DNA of 64,000 bases, from positions 21,264 to 85,263 of the forward strand of contig NCGC01000001.1 of the NCBI GenBank assembly GCA_002281475.1, written 5' to 3'. Positions within the stretch are counted from its first letter, which is position 1. Each line of letters opens with the position of its first letter. Below the pieces are notes generated by a model. That model ran no database searches. It saw only the letters and a program-made list of their open reading frames with translations, and was not told the origin of the DNA. Positions 50,568 through 61,975 of the stretch are shown here, piece by piece. The DNA is from Methylophilales bacterium 28-44-11. Its GTDB lineage: Bacteria; Pseudomonadota; Gammaproteobacteria; Burkholderiales; Methylophilaceae. A program made the translations under genes and the position numbers.

Positions 50568-50625
50568 CACTCTCCTAAATAGTTTTACAATTTTAACAAA
50601 TTACACCGTGCATAAGTAATGGTGG

Positions 50626-51351
50626 CTAGAAATATAATTGGATTTTGCGCTCTGCTGGCGTAAGCTCAAATCCAGTGGCCTCATAGTGCCTAAAAATAGT
50701 CTCAACAATTTGTTTAGGGTCATCAATCGATTGTATTAACAGCAGATCTTCAGGCGATGCCATGCCTTCTGCTACCAAGGTATTTTTGATCCAATCAATC
50801 AAACCCGCCCAGAAACTTGCGCCAACTAGAATAATTGGAATTTTGCGTGATTTACCTGTTTGCACCAATGTGATTGCTTCCATCAACTCATCTAGCGTGC
50901 CGAAGCCCCCAGGCATCACAATATAGGCGGATGCGTATTTCACAAACATGACTTTACGCATAAAAAAGTATTTAAAAGTGATGCCGATATCTTGATATGG
51001 ATTGCCACTTTGTTCAAAAGGCAACTCAATATTCAAACCTACGCTTGGGCCAGTGCCTGCAAATGCGCCTTTATTCGCCGCTTCCATAATGCCGGGACCA
51101 CCTCCTGAAATAACACTAAAGCCTGATTCGGATAACAGTAAGGCGATTTCTTCGGTGAGTTTGTAATACGGGTGGTCTGGCTTGGTGCGGGCGCTACCAA
51201 AAATCGAAACGGCTGGGGTAATTTTTTTTAGCTTTTCTGTCGCCCCAACAAACTCCGCCATGATTTCGAATGCGTGCCATGAGCCATAATCGGCGGTTGC
51301 GCCATTCAACAACTCAGGTGACGTCACCTGCGGTAATTTTCTAGTACTCAT
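50626..51351 (-). CDS. LOG family (TIGR00730) nucleotide monophosphate nucleosidase
   Basis: FGSAR, GGGPGIMEAAN, PGGFGTLDE. Confidence 0.92.
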   Translation of the reverse strand: MSTRKLPQVTSPELLNGATADYGSWHAFEIMAEFVGATEKLKKITPAVSIFGSARTKPDHPYYKLTEEIALLLSESGFSVISGGGPGIMEAANKGAFAGTGPSVGLNIELPFEQSGNPYQDIGITFKYFFMRKVMFVKYASAYIVMPGGFGTLDELMEAITLVQTGKSRKIPIILVGASFWAGLIDWIKNTLVAEGMASPEDLLLIQSIDDPKQIVETIFRHYEATGFELTPAERKIQLYF

Positions 51352-51533
51352 TGATTAACTCGTTTTAACTGTAGACTTAAATTTGATTCTACCATGTGCG
51401 TGTAAATTCAATTGATTGAACACCAATAGAAAACATTATCTAAACTTATCCATGTGTTTTGTAGCGATAAAAGCTAAAATAACCGCCTTAATAGCGCTTG
51501 CCGAGCAATCCGCTCTATGCCTTTGGAACTCGT

Positions 51534-54308
51534 ATGAAAACATTATTACTCGTTGATGGCTCCTCTTATTTGTACCGTGCTTTTCATGCCATGCCCGACT
51601 TGCGCAATAGCAGAAATGAGCCGACAGGCGCCATTCAGGGGGTATTGAACATGCTCAGGCGTTTACATAAAGACTATCCTGCTGACTACAGCGCTTGCAT
51701 ATTCGATGCCAAAGGCAAAACGTTTCGTGATGACATTTACCCTGAGTACAAAGCCAATCGCGCCAGCATGCCCGACGATTTACGTGCACAAATCGCACCG
51801 TTGCACGAAGCCATTCAAGCGCTGGGTTGGCCGCTGATTGTGGAAGAAGGGGTTGAGGCAGACGATGTGATTGGCGCACTGGCCAAACAAGCCGAGCGTG
51901 AAGGCGTAAAAGTGATTATCTCAACAGGTGATAAAGACATTACCCAATTAGTGAATAGCCATGTCACCGTGATCAATACCATGCGTGATGCCTTTAGAAA
52001 AACCGATGATGTGTTGGATATTGTAGGGGTGGAGAATAAATTTGGTGTGCCACCAAGCTTGATGGTGGATTATCTGATTTTAGTCGGTGACACCTCAGAC
52101 AACGTGCCCGGTGTAGAAAAAGTGGGTCCAAAAACTGCGGTGAAATGGCTTAAACAGTATGGTTCACTGGACAATATTATTGCGCGTGCGGATGAAATTA
52201 CTGGCGTGGTAGGCGAAAACCTGCGCAAAGCATTGCCTTGGTTACCCACTGCACGTGAGTTGATTACGATTCGTTGTGACGTAGGCATACAAGAGCAATT
52301 GTCTGACCTTGCGCCACAACCGCAAGACCGCGCCAAATTAGCCGAGTTGTTTGACCGCTTTGAGTTTAGAAGCTGGAAACGGGAATTGGATTTACCCGAA
52401 GGCACGACTACCACACCCACTAAACAAGCAAGCACGCCTCAAACAACGATTGCACAAAATACAACTAACGCAGAATTAACTATTGATTACACACCCAACA
52501 CCGCTCGCCATTTTGAAACCATTCTGACCAATGAAGCCTTGGATGCATGGTTAACAACACTGACGCAAGCTGAACTCATATGTTTTGATACTGAAACTAC
52601 CAGCTTAGACCCAATGACTGCAAAATTGGTCGGCATGTCATTTAGCGTCACACCCGGCGAAGCCGCTTATTTACCCCTCACGCATGATTATTTTGATGCG
52701 CCAGAACAATTGCCTTTTAATGCAACACTACAACGCATCCAGCCAATATTAGAAAACCCCAACATCAAAAAAGTGGGGCAAAACTTAAAGTATGATAAAC
52801 ATGTGTTGGCTAATCACGGCATAGCTTTACACGGCATTGCTCATGACACCTTATTGCAATCTTACGTGTTAGAAAGCCATCGCACCCATGGTATGGATGA
52901 TTTAGCGATGCGCCATTTAGGGCTACAAACCATAACCTTTGAGGAAGTGGCTGGCAAGGGTGCAAAGCAAGTGGGGTTTAATCAAGTCACGGTGGAAACC
53001 GCAGCTGAATATGCCGCAGAGGATGCCGATATCACTTTGCAACTTCACCAAGCGTTGTCGCCTAACATTACTGCCGATGCCAAACTTGATTTCATCTATC
53101 GCCACATCGAAATGCCTTCGATGGAGATTTTATTTACCATCGAACGCAACGGCGTGTTGATTGATGCCAATTTATTAAACCGCCAAAGTAATGAAATTGG
53201 CATGAAGTTGATGGCATTAGAAAATCAAGCGTACGAACTCGCTGGACAACCTTTTAATTTGGGTTCACCCAAGCAATTACAAGAGATTCTATTTGGCAAA
53301 TTAGGCATTAAACCTACCAAAAAAACGCCGAGTGGCGCACCGAGTACGGACGAAGATGTGTTGCAAGAATTGGCGCTGGATTACCCGTTACCAAAAGTAC
53401 TGTTGGAATACCGTGGGTTAGCAAAACTCAAATCGACCTACACCGATAAGTTACCAAAAATGATCAACCCACATACTGGGCGTGTGCATACCAGTTACAA
53501 CCAAGCCGTTGCCATTACCGGCCGTCTAGCAAGTTCTGACCCTAACTTGCAAAATATTCCAGTGCGTACAGCTGAAGGCAGGCGGATTCGTGAAGCATTT
53601 ATTGCTCCTGCTGGTAGTGTGATTGTGTCTGCTGATTATTCCCAAATTGAGTTACGCATCATGGCGCATTTATCGAAAGATGCAGGCATGTTGCAGGCAT
53701 TTGCTAATAATGAGGACATTCACCGTGCCACTGCGGCTGAGATTTTTGGCATAGAACGCGATGCAGTGGACAGCGAGCAACGTCGTTATGCCAAGGTCAT
53801 TAACTTTGGTTTGATATATGGCATGAGTGCGTTTGGCCTAGCACAAAACCTCAATATTGAGCGCAGTGCCGCAGCGAGCTACATTGAACGCTACTTTGCG
53901 CGTTATCCCGGAGTGCGCGCTTATATGGATAGCACGCGTGAACTAGCCAAAGCCAAAGGCTACGTAGAAACCTACTTTGGTCGCAGATTATGGGTGCCAG
54001 AAATCAACAGCGCCAATGGCATGCGCAGAGCCGGTGCAGAACGTGCCGCCATTAACGCGCCCATGCAAGGCACTGCGGCGGATTTAATTAAGCTCGCGAT
54101 GATTGCAGTGCAAGGCTGGCTCAGCCAAGAGAAACTGCAGACCAAACTCATTATGCAAGTACACGATGAATTGGTGTTAGAAGTGCCTAACGATGAGCTT
54201 GAAATGGTCAAAATCCATCTCCCCCAACTCATGCAAAACGTGGCTAAGTTGGATGTACCTCTGCTAGCTGAAGTGGGTGTGGGTAATAATTGGGAAAGTG
54301 CACATTAA
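51534..54308 (+). CDS. polA: DNA polymerase I
   Basis: LVDGSSYLYRAFH, FDTETT, DYSQIELR, KVINFG, QVHDE. Confidence 0.98.
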   Translation: MKTLLLVDGSSYLYRAFHAMPDLRNSRNEPTGAIQGVLNMLRRLHKDYPADYSACIFDAKGKTFRDDIYPEYKANRASMPDDLRAQIAPLHEAIQALGWPLIVEEGVEADDVIGALAKQAEREGVKVIISTGDKDITQLVNSHVTVINTMRDAFRKTDDVLDIVGVENKFGVPPSLMVDYLILVGDTSDNVPGVEKVGPKTAVKWLKQYGSLDNIIARADEITGVVGENLRKALPWLPTARELITIRCDVGIQEQLSDLAPQPQDRAKLAELFDRFEFRSWKRELDLPEGTTTTPTKQASTPQTTIAQNTTNAELTIDYTPNTARHFETILTNEALDAWLTTLTQAELICFDTETTSLDPMTAKLVGMSFSVTPGEAAYLPLTHDYFDAPEQLPFNATLQRIQPILENPNIKKVGQNLKYDKHVLANHGIALHGIAHDTLLQSYVLESHRTHGMDDLAMRHLGLQTITFEEVAGKGAKQVGFNQVTVETAAEYAAEDADITLQLHQALSPNITADAKLDFIYRHIEMPSMEILFTIERNGVLIDANLLNRQSNEIGMKLMALENQAYELAGQPFNLGSPKQLQEILFGKLGIKPTKKTPSGAPSTDEDVLQELALDYPLPKVLLEYRGLAKLKSTYTDKLPKMINPHTGRVHTSYNQAVAITGRLASSDPNLQNIPVRTAEGRRIREAFIAPAGSVIVSADYSQIELRIMAHLSKDAGMLQAFANNEDIHRATAAEIFGIERDAVDSEQRRYAKVINFGLIYGMSAFGLAQNLNIERSAAASYIERYFARYPGVRAYMDSTRELAKAKGYVETYFGRRLWVPEINSANGMRRAGAERAAINAPMQGTAADLIKLAMIAVQGWLSQEKLQTKLIMQVHDELVLEVPNDELEMVKIHLPQLMQNVAKLDVPLLAEVGVGNNWESAH

Positions 54309-54403
54309 CTAAAGCCTTTCTAATGGACTACGCACTTTAACGCATAGAGCTAACGTGTGTTTTGCGGTTAAATTGTAGTCAATTGATTAAGGGTGCAAAA
54401 GAA

Positions 54404-55063
54404 ATGAAGCTGATGTCTGTCAATGTTGGGATGCCAACGCAGGTTGAAATCAACGGCAACCAAGTGAATACGGGGATTTACAAAACGCCACAAACGGGTA
54501 AGGTTTGGTTAGGTAAGACTAATTTAACAGGTGATGGTCAGGCAGATTTAACCGTACACGGCGGAGAGTTTCAAGCAGCCTATAGCTACCCTGTTGAACA
54601 TTACAGCTACTGGGAAAAAACGCTGGGAAAATCGTCACTGTCATATGGTATGTTTGGTGAGAATTTTACAGTTTCTGGCATGCTTGAAGATGAGATATAT
54701 GTTGGCGATACCTTTGCTATTGGTGAAGCAATTGTAGAAGCGACCATGCCAAGAATCCCCTGTTTTAAGTTTGGTCACAAAATAGGACAACCCGATATAC
54801 TGGAAAAATTTTTAGTCAGTGGCCGTAGTGGTTTTTACCATCGGGTGATTCAAGAAGGCTTTGTGCAAGCCGGCGACCAAATACAACGTCTGTCGCATGA
54901 CCCAAACAGCATTACCATACGCCGTGCACTGGGATTACAAAAACTGGAAGAAGGCGATATGGAAGCGATTGAACATGCGCTAGAAATTAAGCATTTGCCT
55001 CCTTTATTACGGCAGGTGTATCAACAACGCTTGCGCTTGCTATCGGCCTGTTCAGCAAACTAA
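54404..55063 (+). CDS. MOSC domain protein (YiiM-like)
   Basis: GDGQADLTVHGG, FGENF, PRIPCFK. Confidence 0.92.
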   Translation: MKLMSVNVGMPTQVEINGNQVNTGIYKTPQTGKVWLGKTNLTGDGQADLTVHGGEFQAAYSYPVEHYSYWEKTLGKSSLSYGMFGENFTVSGMLEDEIYVGDTFAIGEAIVEATMPRIPCFKFGHKIGQPDILEKFLVSGRSGFYHRVIQEGFVQAGDQIQRLSHDPNSITIRRALGLQKLEEGDMEAIEHALEIKHLPPLLRQVYQQRLRLLSACSAN

Positions 55064-55074
55064 TTCGCATGTAC

Positions 55075-56274
55075 CTAGTGAGCGGAACGCTTAATAGGCA
55101 CATCGGAGCGCATATCAAAATCAAACATACGCACAATATTCCGTCCTGATTTTTTGGCTTGGTACATGGCAATATCGGCATGCTTCAATAATTCATCATG
55201 CGACATCCCATGTTCTCCAAACATAGCCACACCAATACTGGGTGTACTCACATATTCAGAATCACTTAACTGGTATGGAGCGTTTAATTGCTTGAGAATT
55301 TGGCTAGTAATACGTTCTACTTCTTGTGTGGCGATGGCGCTGTCTTCACTTAACTCTTCTAACATCACCACAAATTCGTCTCCTCCAAAGCGCGCCACAG
55401 TATCGGTCTCACGCACACATTGCTTCAAGCGCTCAGCCACTTGCATTATCAACAGGTCCCCCATCGAGTGGCCAAAAGTATCGTTTAATAGTTTGAAATG
55501 GTCTAAATCGATAAACAGTAATGCGCCCCGTTTGCCCGAACGATTACTGACGACTAACGCATGTCGCAACCTGTCCATCAATAAGCGGCGATTAGGTAAA
55601 TTGGTCAGCACATCGTAAAACGCTAATCGTTTGATTTCCTCTTCTCTTTCCACTGCTTGGCGTCTTAGCAATAAACTTTCCACGAGACTACGGTGATAAC
55701 TGTAAATGCTATATATCGAAAACGCCATATAGACCAAGCCTGCAAGTGCCATAGGAATAGATATGGCATGTCCAACCCAAATAAAACCGCACAATGTGGG
55801 CAAAACCGCAAATATTAGATAAGTCATGGCACTGATGCGATCAATAGAATAGGACACCACAGCTCCTGCTGACAGGCCCGCAATCATGTAACTCACGAAT
55901 AATTGCTGATCTAAATGACCATAGTGAATCACCATTAAACTGATGACTCCCCAACCAATGCTGCTGAGCATCAAACCAAGACGAAAGACCACTAAGCGCT
56001 GATTAATAGGTTGGGGATGATAGGTAGGATGTTTGATTTGGTAGTTGCACACCCCAACCCGAACGACATTGATTAACATCATCACACTAAGCCATGGGAA
56101 CAATATTTCATTAGGTACTTCATGGATTACAATCCATGCCAGCATGATTGCCAAAATAGCACTGGCCAGCACGGTTCTGGCATTTACTGAGAGTAAATGC
56201 TTTAATTGTGCAAATTCTATGGTTGTTTTTTGATTTGTTTGTAACATTACCCACCCATTTGTGTCTGTTACCAC
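55075..56274 (-). CDS. membrane-bound diguanylate cyclase
   Basis: N-terminal TM region; DLDHFK..ND; RETD I-site; GGDEF. Confidence 0.9.
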   Translation of the reverse strand: MVTDTNGWVMLQTNQKTTIEFAQLKHLLSVNARTVLASAILAIMLAWIVIHEVPNEILFPWLSVMMLINVVRVGVCNYQIKHPTYHPQPINQRLVVFRLGLMLSSIGWGVISLMVIHYGHLDQQLFVSYMIAGLSAGAVVSYSIDRISAMTYLIFAVLPTLCGFIWVGHAISIPMALAGLVYMAFSIYSIYSYHRSLVESLLLRRQAVEREEEIKRLAFYDVLTNLPNRRLLMDRLRHALVVSNRSGKRGALLFIDLDHFKLLNDTFGHSMGDLLIMQVAERLKQCVRETDTVARFGGDEFVVMLEELSEDSAIATQEVERITSQILKQLNAPYQLSDSEYVSTPSIGVAMFGEHGMSHDELLKHADIAMYQAKKSGRNIVRMFDFDMRSDVPIKRSAH

Positions 56275-56370
56275 ATATGCTTTATGCTAGCATCGCTTTA
56301 ATTATTAATGATGATAATAAATAGTGTAAACATTAATATAAACAATTCTATTCATACTTAAGCAATTTTT

Positions 56371-57114
56371 ATGCAAACTTTTGGCATTTATATCATTGGC
56401 GATGAAATCCTCTCAGGAAAGCGTCAAGACAAACATCTCAGCAAGGTAATCGAGCTGCTTTCTGCAAGAGGTTTACAATTAAGTTGGGCGAATTATTTGG
56501 GCGATACTCCAAGCCAAATTACAGCTGCATTAAAGGCCAGTATGGCACGTGGCGAGGTGGTATTTAGCTTTGGTGGCATTGGTGCTACGCCAGATGACTT
56601 TACACGGCAGTGCGCGGCAGAGGCTGTAAACGTGCCGATTGAACGCCATCTTGGTGCAGTGGCAGAGCTAGAGGCGCGCTTTGGTGAGGCGGCATATCCC
56701 AAACGTGTATTGATGGCAGACTTTCCCAAAGGAGCTGATTTAATTCCCAATCCAGTAAATCGCGTCGCAGGATTTAGCATTCATCAACATTATTTTGTAC
56801 CCGGTTTTCCTGAAATGGCGCACCCGATGGTGGAATGGGTACTGGATACCTATTACGCACATTTATTTCATCAACAAGATTATGTTGAAGCTTCCATCTT
56901 GGTCATGGATGCGGGTGAGAGTCAATTAATTGACATGATGCATCAAATTTTGACGCAGCACCCAGACATCAAGTTATTTAGCTTACCTAAGCTTGATATA
57001 CGCCGTACTATTGAGCTTGGAGTAAAAGGGACAACTAATTCAGTCAATCTGGCGATGCAGGATATTCAGCAACAAGTGAGCGGATTAGGTTTTCCATGGT
57101 CGGCGTTGCCATAG
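56371..57114 (+). CDS. molybdopterin-binding (CinA N-terminal-like) protein
   Basis: IGDEILSG, GGIGATPDD, PGFPEM. Confidence 0.88.
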   Translation: MQTFGIYIIGDEILSGKRQDKHLSKVIELLSARGLQLSWANYLGDTPSQITAALKASMARGEVVFSFGGIGATPDDFTRQCAAEAVNVPIERHLGAVAELEARFGEAAYPKRVLMADFPKGADLIPNPVNRVAGFSIHQHYFVPGFPEMAHPMVEWVLDTYYAHLFHQQDYVEASILVMDAGESQLIDMMHQILTQHPDIKLFSLPKLDIRRTIELGVKGTTNSVNLAMQDIQQQVSGLGFPWSALP

Positions 57115-57422
57115 CTTGTAGACAAGAATGTGGTGCCTGTTGCATTGCACCCTCAATCAACAGCCCTATCCCTGGCATGCCCAATGGCAAACCTGCCGGC
57201 ATTCGCTGCGTGCAATTAAATGCAGACCATCAATGTATGATTTTTGGTCAACCAGAACGGCCAGCCTTTTGTGCAAGCCTACAACCTAGCTTGGAAATGT
57301 GCGGTGAGAGCCAAACACATGCCTTCGCTTGGCTCACTCGCTTAGAACAGTTAACGCAACCTACTTTGCCTGACTCACTTGAGCAGCTTCCACTGGTTGC
57401 CAACCAGCGCCAAGTGCCTTAA
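57096..57422 (+). CDS. YkgJ family cysteine-cluster protein
   Basis: CRQECGACCIAPSI..GKPAGIRCVQL..RPAFC; start uncertain. Confidence 0.82.
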   Translation: MVGVAIACRQECGACCIAPSINSPIPGMPNGKPAGIRCVQLNADHQCMIFGQPERPAFCASLQPSLEMCGESQTHAFAWLTRLEQLTQPTLPDSLEQLPLVANQRQVP

Positions 57423-58857
57423 ACAAATCAACAGAAGCAGTCAGTACATTTTGACGACTTTGCACAAAACTTTGTGTTGCTTCGTAGTAGCTACGTTGCG
57501 CATCCAACACTTCTAAATAAGCAGAATAGCCAGATTTATAGCGGTTTTGCGATACATCTAATATTTTCTTCGCGGTATCTTGTCTAGATTGTGCAATGGT
57601 TTCAACTTCTTTGTAGCGACGCAAATTGACCAGCGCATCATTCACTTCTTTAAATGCAGTTTGCACACTGCCTTGGTAACTGGCCAAGGCTTGTTTTTGC
57701 TTAGCAGTTGCTTGGTCCACTTTGGCATTTAATCTACCTGCATTAAAAATAGGCAAATCTAAGCCTATGCCCAATGACCATACTCTAGCTGCCGATTTTA
57801 AGAGATCGTTCAACTCTAGACTTTCGCCACCGAACGCACCGGTGAGTGAAATGCTTGGATATAACGCCGCTTTAGCCATACCAATGTTGGCGTTGGCAGC
57901 AATTAAATCTTGCTCTGTTTGGCGTACATCTGGTCTCGCTTCCATCAAGCTTGAAGGCAAGCCAGCAGGTGGCATCGGTGGTGTCGGCAAAGCCAATAGC
58001 TCGGCAGTTGCCACCTCAATATTCAACTCACCAGTGAGCACACCCAATTGATGTTCACTAATCGCGCGTTGGCGCTGCAGTTCTACTTGCTGCGATTTCA
58101 AGTTAGCCAATGCCAGCTCCGCTTGGTGAACATCCAGCACTGAGACCACACCGCCTTCCAGACGGCGCTTGGTCAATGCCAAACTTTCTTCGCTGATCTT
58201 TTGGTTTTCTTGATTCACAAATAATTGCGAATCCAAGCTACGAATAATCAAGTAATTATTGGCGACCAAACTCGAAAGCGACCATTGCACAGTTTCTTTT
58301 GCGTATTGCGTAGACAAATAGCTGGCGCGTGCTGCTTCTTTAGCGCGTCTTAACTTGCCCCAAAAATCCAACTCAATCGATGAATTGAGCGCCAAGTTGT
58401 AACTATTGCGTGGGTTTGCAGCAAACACTGGAAATATACCAGCCTCAGTCACACGGTTACGTACTGCTGTCGTGCTAAGGTCCACACTGGGTAGCAAGGC
58501 GGCACCGACTTCACGCATCACACCGTCTGCTTCCTCGATACGTGCCACGGCTAACTTGATATCGACATTGTTCAAATGCGCTTTTTCTATCAATGCATTT
58601 AGCTGCGCATCTCGGTAAAACGTCCACCAGTCGTTAGGGGCTTGGACTGTGTCGGTATCAGTCGCTTGCTTAAATTGCTCTGGCAAACTGACATCTTTGG
58701 CTTCAGGGCGTTGATACATCGGCCCAAGCAAAGTACAACCTGACAACCAGACCACAGACACTAAGATAGCCATCGTTTTGACCATAGGTTTTATGCTATT
58801 TGTTTGTTCTTTTGTATAAGGCGGTTTCATACCGTTTCCTTTTTTATTTGACATCAC
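57361..58857 (-). CDS. RND efflux outer membrane lipoprotein (OprM/NodT family)
   Basis: lipobox LSGC, ELDFWG, RPDVRQ, YLEVLDAQR, ALGAGW. Confidence 0.93.
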   Translation of the reverse strand: MMSNKKGNGMKPPYTKEQTNSIKPMVKTMAILVSVVWLSGCTLLGPMYQRPEAKDVSLPEQFKQATDTDTVQAPNDWWTFYRDAQLNALIEKAHLNNVDIKLAVARIEEADGVMREVGAALLPSVDLSTTAVRNRVTEAGIFPVFAANPRNSYNLALNSSIELDFWGKLRRAKEAARASYLSTQYAKETVQWSLSSLVANNYLIIRSLDSQLFVNQENQKISEESLALTKRRLEGGVVSVLDVHQAELALANLKSQQVELQRQRAISEHQLGVLTGELNIEVATAELLALPTPPMPPAGLPSSLMEARPDVRQTEQDLIAANANIGMAKAALYPSISLTGAFGGESLELNDLLKSAARVWSLGIGLDLPIFNAGRLNAKVDQATAKQKQALASYQGSVQTAFKEVNDALVNLRRYKEVETIAQSRQDTAKKILDVSQNRYKSGYSAYLEVLDAQRSYYEATQSFVQSRQNVLTASVDLFKALGAGWQPVEAAQVSQAK

Positions 58858-61800
58858 TAATGGTGTCTCTTGATGTTTTGATTACTCAACCAAGTGAAGA
58901 ATAATGGGATAAAAATAGTCGCCACAAACGTAGCCATTAACATTCCACCCAACACACCTGTACCCATAGACTGCCTAGCAGCAGCACCTGCACCCGTCGC
59001 AAACACCAAGGGGATGATGCCTAAAATAAAGGCCATCGACGTCATCACGATAGGTCTAAAACGTAAGCGTGCTGCTTCTAGCGCTGCTTCGGCAATCGGC
59101 ATGCCTTCTTCCATTTTTTGACTAGCAAATTCCACAATCAGAATCGCGTTTTTCGCTGCCAGTCCTATCAAGGTGATTAAGCCAATCTGGAAGTAAATAT
59201 CGTTGGTCATGCCTCGCATCAACACTGCGGTTAACGCACCGGCTAAGGCGAATGGCACCGCCATAATCACGGCCAATGGCAACGCCCATGTTTCAAACTG
59301 TGCCGCCAAAATTAGGAATACCATGATAATCGCAAAGCCGAAGGCAAATAGTGCAGCCGAACCTGTGCGCTTTTCTTGGTAAGCTTGGCCTGTCCACGCA
59401 ATTTTATAACCGTCAGGCATATTGGCTTTGGCAATACGCTCAACTGTCTCAATAGCGTCACCAGAACTAATGCCTTTTGCACCACCACCAAATACTTTGG
59501 CAGATAACAAGCCGTTATAACGTTCTAGCTGCTCGGCACCGACGATATTTTTTACCTTGCTCAATGCAGAAAGCGGAATCATGTTGCCATTAGGACTTTC
59601 AGGCGTGGGCTGGCTACGCACATATACTTTGCCCAAATCCTCTGGCTTCATCCTAAACTCCGGCTCGGCTTGTAATTGCACACGATATGTCCGGCCAGTG
59701 CGGTTAAAGTCGTTAACATAAAATGAGCCCATAGTGCTTTGCAAAGTAGTGTAGATATCTGCAATTTTCACGTTTTGTGAAATAGCCTTGGCTTCATCTA
59801 CCTCAATCAACAATTGTGGCACGGTTGGTCTAAAGAAGCTGTTGATGCCAGTTAGCGTTGGATCTGCACGCATCGCATCCATAAAGTTATTCATGACAGC
59901 AGCCAATTTAATGGGGTCGGTATCACGCTGGCTCTGAACATAGACTTCAAAACCACCCGCTGATCCTAAACCACGAATGGAGGGCGGATTTACCGCAAAC
60001 CCCATGCCATCTGGCTGACTCATGCCAATCCCAAATAATTTGCTGACCATTTCGTTTGCCGACGTAGAACGCTCGCTCCAATCGGTCATTCGCACAAACA
60101 TCGTGGCCGCATTGGTTTTATTGGCACCTGTAAGCAACTCAAATCCGTTCACTGCAAATTCATGCGCAACTGCAGGATCTTTGGCAATTTCTGCACGAAT
60201 ATTCTCAGTCGTTTTAATGGTTCGACTCAGCGTTGCGCCATCAGGCATCACCACCACAGTCACCACGTAACCTTGGTCTTCTGGTGGTACAAAACCACCC
60301 GGGACAAATCTGAATAAAAATATCACCGCAATCACAATCGCAGAAAACACCAAGGCACCAATGATTTTATGATGCAACGTGAGATTGACTGTTTTTGTAT
60401 AAAAGTGCGTTAGGTTGCCAAATCCTTGATTAAATTTTCTAAAAAAGGCGTCTTCACCATGTGATTTTCTTAAAATCATCGCACATAGAGCGGGCGTAAG
60501 GGTTAACGCCACCACACCCGAAATAACCACTGCGATGGCAACGGTGACTGCAAACTGACGATAAAGCTCTCCCGCTATCCCACCTTGGAAAGCCACCGGC
60601 ACAAACACGGCGCACAAGACCAATACAATGGCAACCACCGCGGCAGACACTTGTTGAATGGATTTGACTGCCGCTGGGAATGGCTCTAAGCCCTCTTCTG
60701 TCATCAATCGTTCAGTATTTTCCAACACCACAATGGCATCATCGACCACAATCCCAATTGCCAAAATCATGGCAAATAAAGTCAGCAAGTTGATGGAGAA
60801 GCCAAAGAGGTATAATCCAGCAAATGTACCAATCAATGAAATAGGCACTGCGATAATTGGAATCAACGTAGCGCGCCAGCTTTGTAAGAACAAGTACACC
60901 ACCAGCACTACTAATATCAGTGCTTCACCAAATGTTTTAAATACTTCCTCAATCGTTGCTTTGACGAAATCACTCGTGTCATAAGGAATCGTTGTTTCAA
61001 TGCCTTCTGGAAAGCGTACGCTTAACTCTTCGATTTTTGCTTTAATGCCTGTTGCTGTGTCTAGTGCATTGGCACCATTTTGTAAAAATATGGCCACAGC
61101 CACGCCTGGCTTCCCATCCAAGGCCGAGGCCACGTTATATGTTTGGGCGCCCAATTCGATACGCGCAACATCTTTTAAATACAATACTCCGCGTGGACCA
61201 TTAGCTCGCACGATGATATTGGCAAACTCGGCGGGATCAACTAAACGCCCTTTAGCTGTAACGGTATACACCATCTGCTGATCGGCAGGCGCTGGTTCTT
61301 GCCCAATCTTACCGGCTGCATACTGATTATTTTGTGCGTTTATCGCAGCAGCCACATCGCTCGTACTCACTCCAAGCTGTGCCATTCGGTCTGGCCGCAA
61401 CCAAATACGCATAGCATAGTCTTGACCACCAAAAATGGTGACGTCACCTACACCCTTCACACGTTTGAATTCATCTAAGATATTCAGCGTTGCATAATTA
61501 CTCAAAAACAAACGATCATGCTTTGGGTTGGTCGAGGTTAACATGGTGACCAGCAAAATATCGTTGGATTTTTTTTGCACAACTACGCCGTTACGGCGCA
61601 CATCTTCTGGCAACCTAGGCAACGCAATATTGACGCGGTTACTCACGTTAAATGTGGCTTGGTCGGCATCTGTGCCCACATCAAAAGTGGCGGTAATGGT
61701 CAAGGTGCCACTAGAGTCAGCACTTGAGTTAAAGTAGAGCAAATTATCCACACCGCTTAATTGCTCCTCAATTGGCGCTGCAACAGTTTTGGATAATGTA

Positions 61801-61964
61801 TCGGCACTGGCGCCAGGGTAAGTGGCAGAGATAGTGACAGTGGGAGGCGCAATTTGAGGGTATTGCGCAATGGGTAATTGGATTGAAGCTGCCAAACCTG
61901 CCAACACAATTATAATTGACAGCACCGAGGCAAAGATTGGCCTTGTAATAAAAAACTTAGTCAT
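58857..61964 (-). CDS. multidrug efflux RND permease (AcrB/MexB family)
   Basis: FFITRPIFA, GIVVDDAIVV, AKNAILIVEF, RFRPIVMTS. Confidence 0.96.
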   Translation of the reverse strand: MTKFFITRPIFASVLSIIIVLAGLAASIQLPIAQYPQIAPPTVTISATYPGASADTLSKTVAAPIEEQLSGVDNLLYFNSSADSSGTLTITATFDVGTDADQATFNVSNRVNIALPRLPEDVRRNGVVVQKKSNDILLVTMLTSTNPKHDRLFLSNYATLNILDEFKRVKGVGDVTIFGGQDYAMRIWLRPDRMAQLGVSTSDVAAAINAQNNQYAAGKIGQEPAPADQQMVYTVTAKGRLVDPAEFANIIVRANGPRGVLYLKDVARIELGAQTYNVASALDGKPGVAVAIFLQNGANALDTATGIKAKIEELSVRFPEGIETTIPYDTSDFVKATIEEVFKTFGEALILVVLVVYLFLQSWRATLIPIIAVPISLIGTFAGLYLFGFSINLLTLFAMILAIGIVVDDAIVVLENTERLMTEEGLEPFPAAVKSIQQVSAAVVAIVLVLCAVFVPVAFQGGIAGELYRQFAVTVAIAVVISGVVALTLTPALCAMILRKSHGEDAFFRKFNQGFGNLTHFYTKTVNLTLHHKIIGALVFSAIVIAVIFLFRFVPGGFVPPEDQGYVVTVVVMPDGATLSRTIKTTENIRAEIAKDPAVAHEFAVNGFELLTGANKTNAATMFVRMTDWSERSTSANEMVSKLFGIGMSQPDGMGFAVNPPSIRGLGSAGGFEVYVQSQRDTDPIKLAAVMNNFMDAMRADPTLTGINSFFRPTVPQLLIEVDEAKAISQNVKIADIYTTLQSTMGSFYVNDFNRTGRTYRVQLQAEPEFRMKPEDLGKVYVRSQPTPESPNGNMIPLSALSKVKNIVGAEQLERYNGLLSAKVFGGGAKGISSGDAIETVERIAKANMPDGYKIAWTGQAYQEKRTGSAALFAFGFAIIMVFLILAAQFETWALPLAVIMAVPFALAGALTAVLMRGMTNDIYFQIGLITLIGLAAKNAILIVEFASQKMEEGMPIAEAALEAARLRFRPIVMTSMAFILGIIPLVFATGAGAAARQSMGTGVLGGMLMATFVATIFIPLFFTWLSNQNIKRHH

Positions 61965-61975
61965 GTCGCGTTACC

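Noticed and set aside
55075-55140. GGDEF protein as a truncated GGDEF-EAL pseudogene
   Set aside because: The end resembles an EAL linker, but the active site and I-site are intact and no EAL remnant follows; treated as a normal cyclase.
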